A model generated the notes under the pieces. The model made no database searches. It had not been told where the DNA came from and saw nothing but the letters and a program-made list of their open reading frames with translations. From Asterias rubens (taxonomy: Eukaryota), in assembly GCF_902459465.1 (NCBI RefSeq), contig NC_047075.1:14508001-14572000 (forward strand): DNA of 64,000 nucleotides. The letters run 5' to 3'. This document shows, piece after piece, positions 62,501 through 64,000 of this stretch (its first letter is position 1; the number at the start of each line of letters is the position of its first letter). Both the position numbers and the translations under genes were made by a program.

Positions 62501-63330
62501 TCTAACATAAATCGCTACTCCACCCCCACTTCTTTCAGTTCTAATCTTGGTAAATATCTGGAAACCGTCCACTGCTAGGTAGTCATCAGTGATCATGTTT
62601 GACTGCCAGGTTTCTGTAAGAACAGCAATGTCATTGTGGGAGGAATATGGCTGCTTGAGGATAGCTTCAAGTTCATCAACTTTATTCATGGCTGAACGAA
62701 TGTTTGTAAGGAAAAAACCTGGGAGGGAGCTCAGCTTTGGGCAATTCGTGCTAGTAGTTCCAGCAGGTTTTTGTTTGTGGCACTGCGGCACTGAGAGCAC
62801 TGAGGGTAGACGTGGGTACGAGGTTGGTTTGGCAGATCGAGGTCTCACAATTACCTCAATTCTCCTTTGTAGAAGTTTCCCAGCACGACAACCACGTTTA
62901 GTTCTTTTGCAACATTTTTGGATCTCTAGACATTTGCTCAGTATGTCTTGGTTGGAAGAAACCCCAATTTTATTGTTAATGTTGAGGCTTTTGAGGTAGC
63001 TAGAGCTATACGTTAATCTCTCCATTAGGCAGTTACTGTAGTGCTGGGGACCAGACTAGATAAAGTCATGTTTCTTAACTGTAGGATGTCTGGTATCCAG
63101 TGGTCACGTAGCATTGGTTCAAAACGATTGATGTGCAACAAAGAAAGTAGCTGCAATATCACTTTCCGGTCTCAATCCATATGCACAGAACGGGTACAGT
63201 ATGACAAAGGTACTTACAAAACGCCACAGTTCACACTTGGAGTGGACAAACATGTTACAGACGGAGAAATGTTATAAAAACAGCGGAGATTAACAGAGCT
63301 AAAAAGATACCAGTGCAGCCATTGACAAGG
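59563..63330 (-). mobile_element. Near-full-length CR1-like LINE
   Basis: (TGAA)n tail at 59563-59590, long 3' UTR, APE-RT ORF and a GC-richer 5' end near 63330 (approximate). Confidence 0.85.
60055..63025 (-). pseudogene. CR1-like ORF2 with one nonsense codon (61229-61231) and a frameshift near 60835
   Basis: KRGCRAG, LTNIRS, LTETW, GGGVAIY, GDLN, SDH; LRPISLT, DFSKAFD, GVPQGTKLGP, KYVDD, LKLNPSKC, KLLGL, YVRPSVEYASPVW. Confidence 0.93.
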
Positions 63331-64000
63331 GCGCCCTCTTTATCCTTCTGAACCAATTTTCTAATATAAATCATTAACAACTGAATTTTGGCAGTTAAAT
63401 ATTAATAATCATTAATAAGTGGAACCAATTTAAAAAGGTACAAAGAGGTCAAGGACCATAATAGACAAACTTGTTTTGGTTTGTATGGGGAAAAGGCATC
63501 CACAGAGCCAGTTTTTAACATCGACTCCATAACAGGAGGAAGTAGGAAGTCGAATAAAAAGACTAACAGTTGTGACAAGACCAAAAGTCAGAAACCACCT
63601 CAGAAGATATCTTCTGAACTGAAAGACAACTTGAGATCATGGAATCGATGTGAATCGATGTTAATCAATGCAAATAGCCGGTCAGAAGAAGCCGAAAAGT
63701 TTAGTGAAGCTTAACTAGCCAGGAGGGTCATGTTCCTCAAATTTTTTGAGAAGTGTGCAAAAAGGAATGATAACACAGAAGAGTGACCCCATTCATGTAT
63801 TTAGCCATTTCACAGGCAATACCATTACACCATTTTTGTTGAGTTAATTTTCAAAGATTGTTATTAAAGCCATTATACACTTTTGGAACAGAAAAAAATA
63901 TATAAGTTCACAGATTTACAAATAACGTAATAATAATAATAAGGTAATGGTGAAAGACTTCTCTGGAAATATTATTCCATGAAATTTGCCTTACTTTTCA

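Overview
Eukaryotic (animal; probably a marine invertebrate such as an echinoderm, which is an inference from the repeat families) AT-rich DNA made up almost entirely of nested transposable elements. No complete host gene is recognisable. Main contents, left to right: (1) a Gypsy/Ty3 LTR retrotransposon on the minus strand (5526-10691; TG..CA LTRs, tRNA-Ser-like PBS, PPT, 4-bp GTAT TSD) that has lost gag/PR/RT but keeps an intact SGNH-hydrolase ORF between integrase and the 3' LTR, preceded by two covarying structured-RNA motifs; its 3' part is tandemly duplicated (4755-4756 bp period) with the junction at a GC-rich 12-bp minisatellite; (2) a spliced tyrosine-recombinase (Crypton-like) gene remnant at 13.5-16.6 kb; (3) a tRNA-derived SINE, a second deleted Gypsy element and a decayed EnSpm/CACTA element; (4) a near-intact L2-like LINE with a 2A-like StopGo motif; (5) a Sola-like transposase split by a full-length Ingi/Vingi-like LINE whose first 73 nt fold as an HDV-like ribozyme starting exactly at the TSD boundary; (6) a 9-kb nested stack of DNA transposons bounded by an 8-bp TSD; (7) a near-full-length CR1-like LINE. 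All family calls come from manual motif recognition, not database searches.
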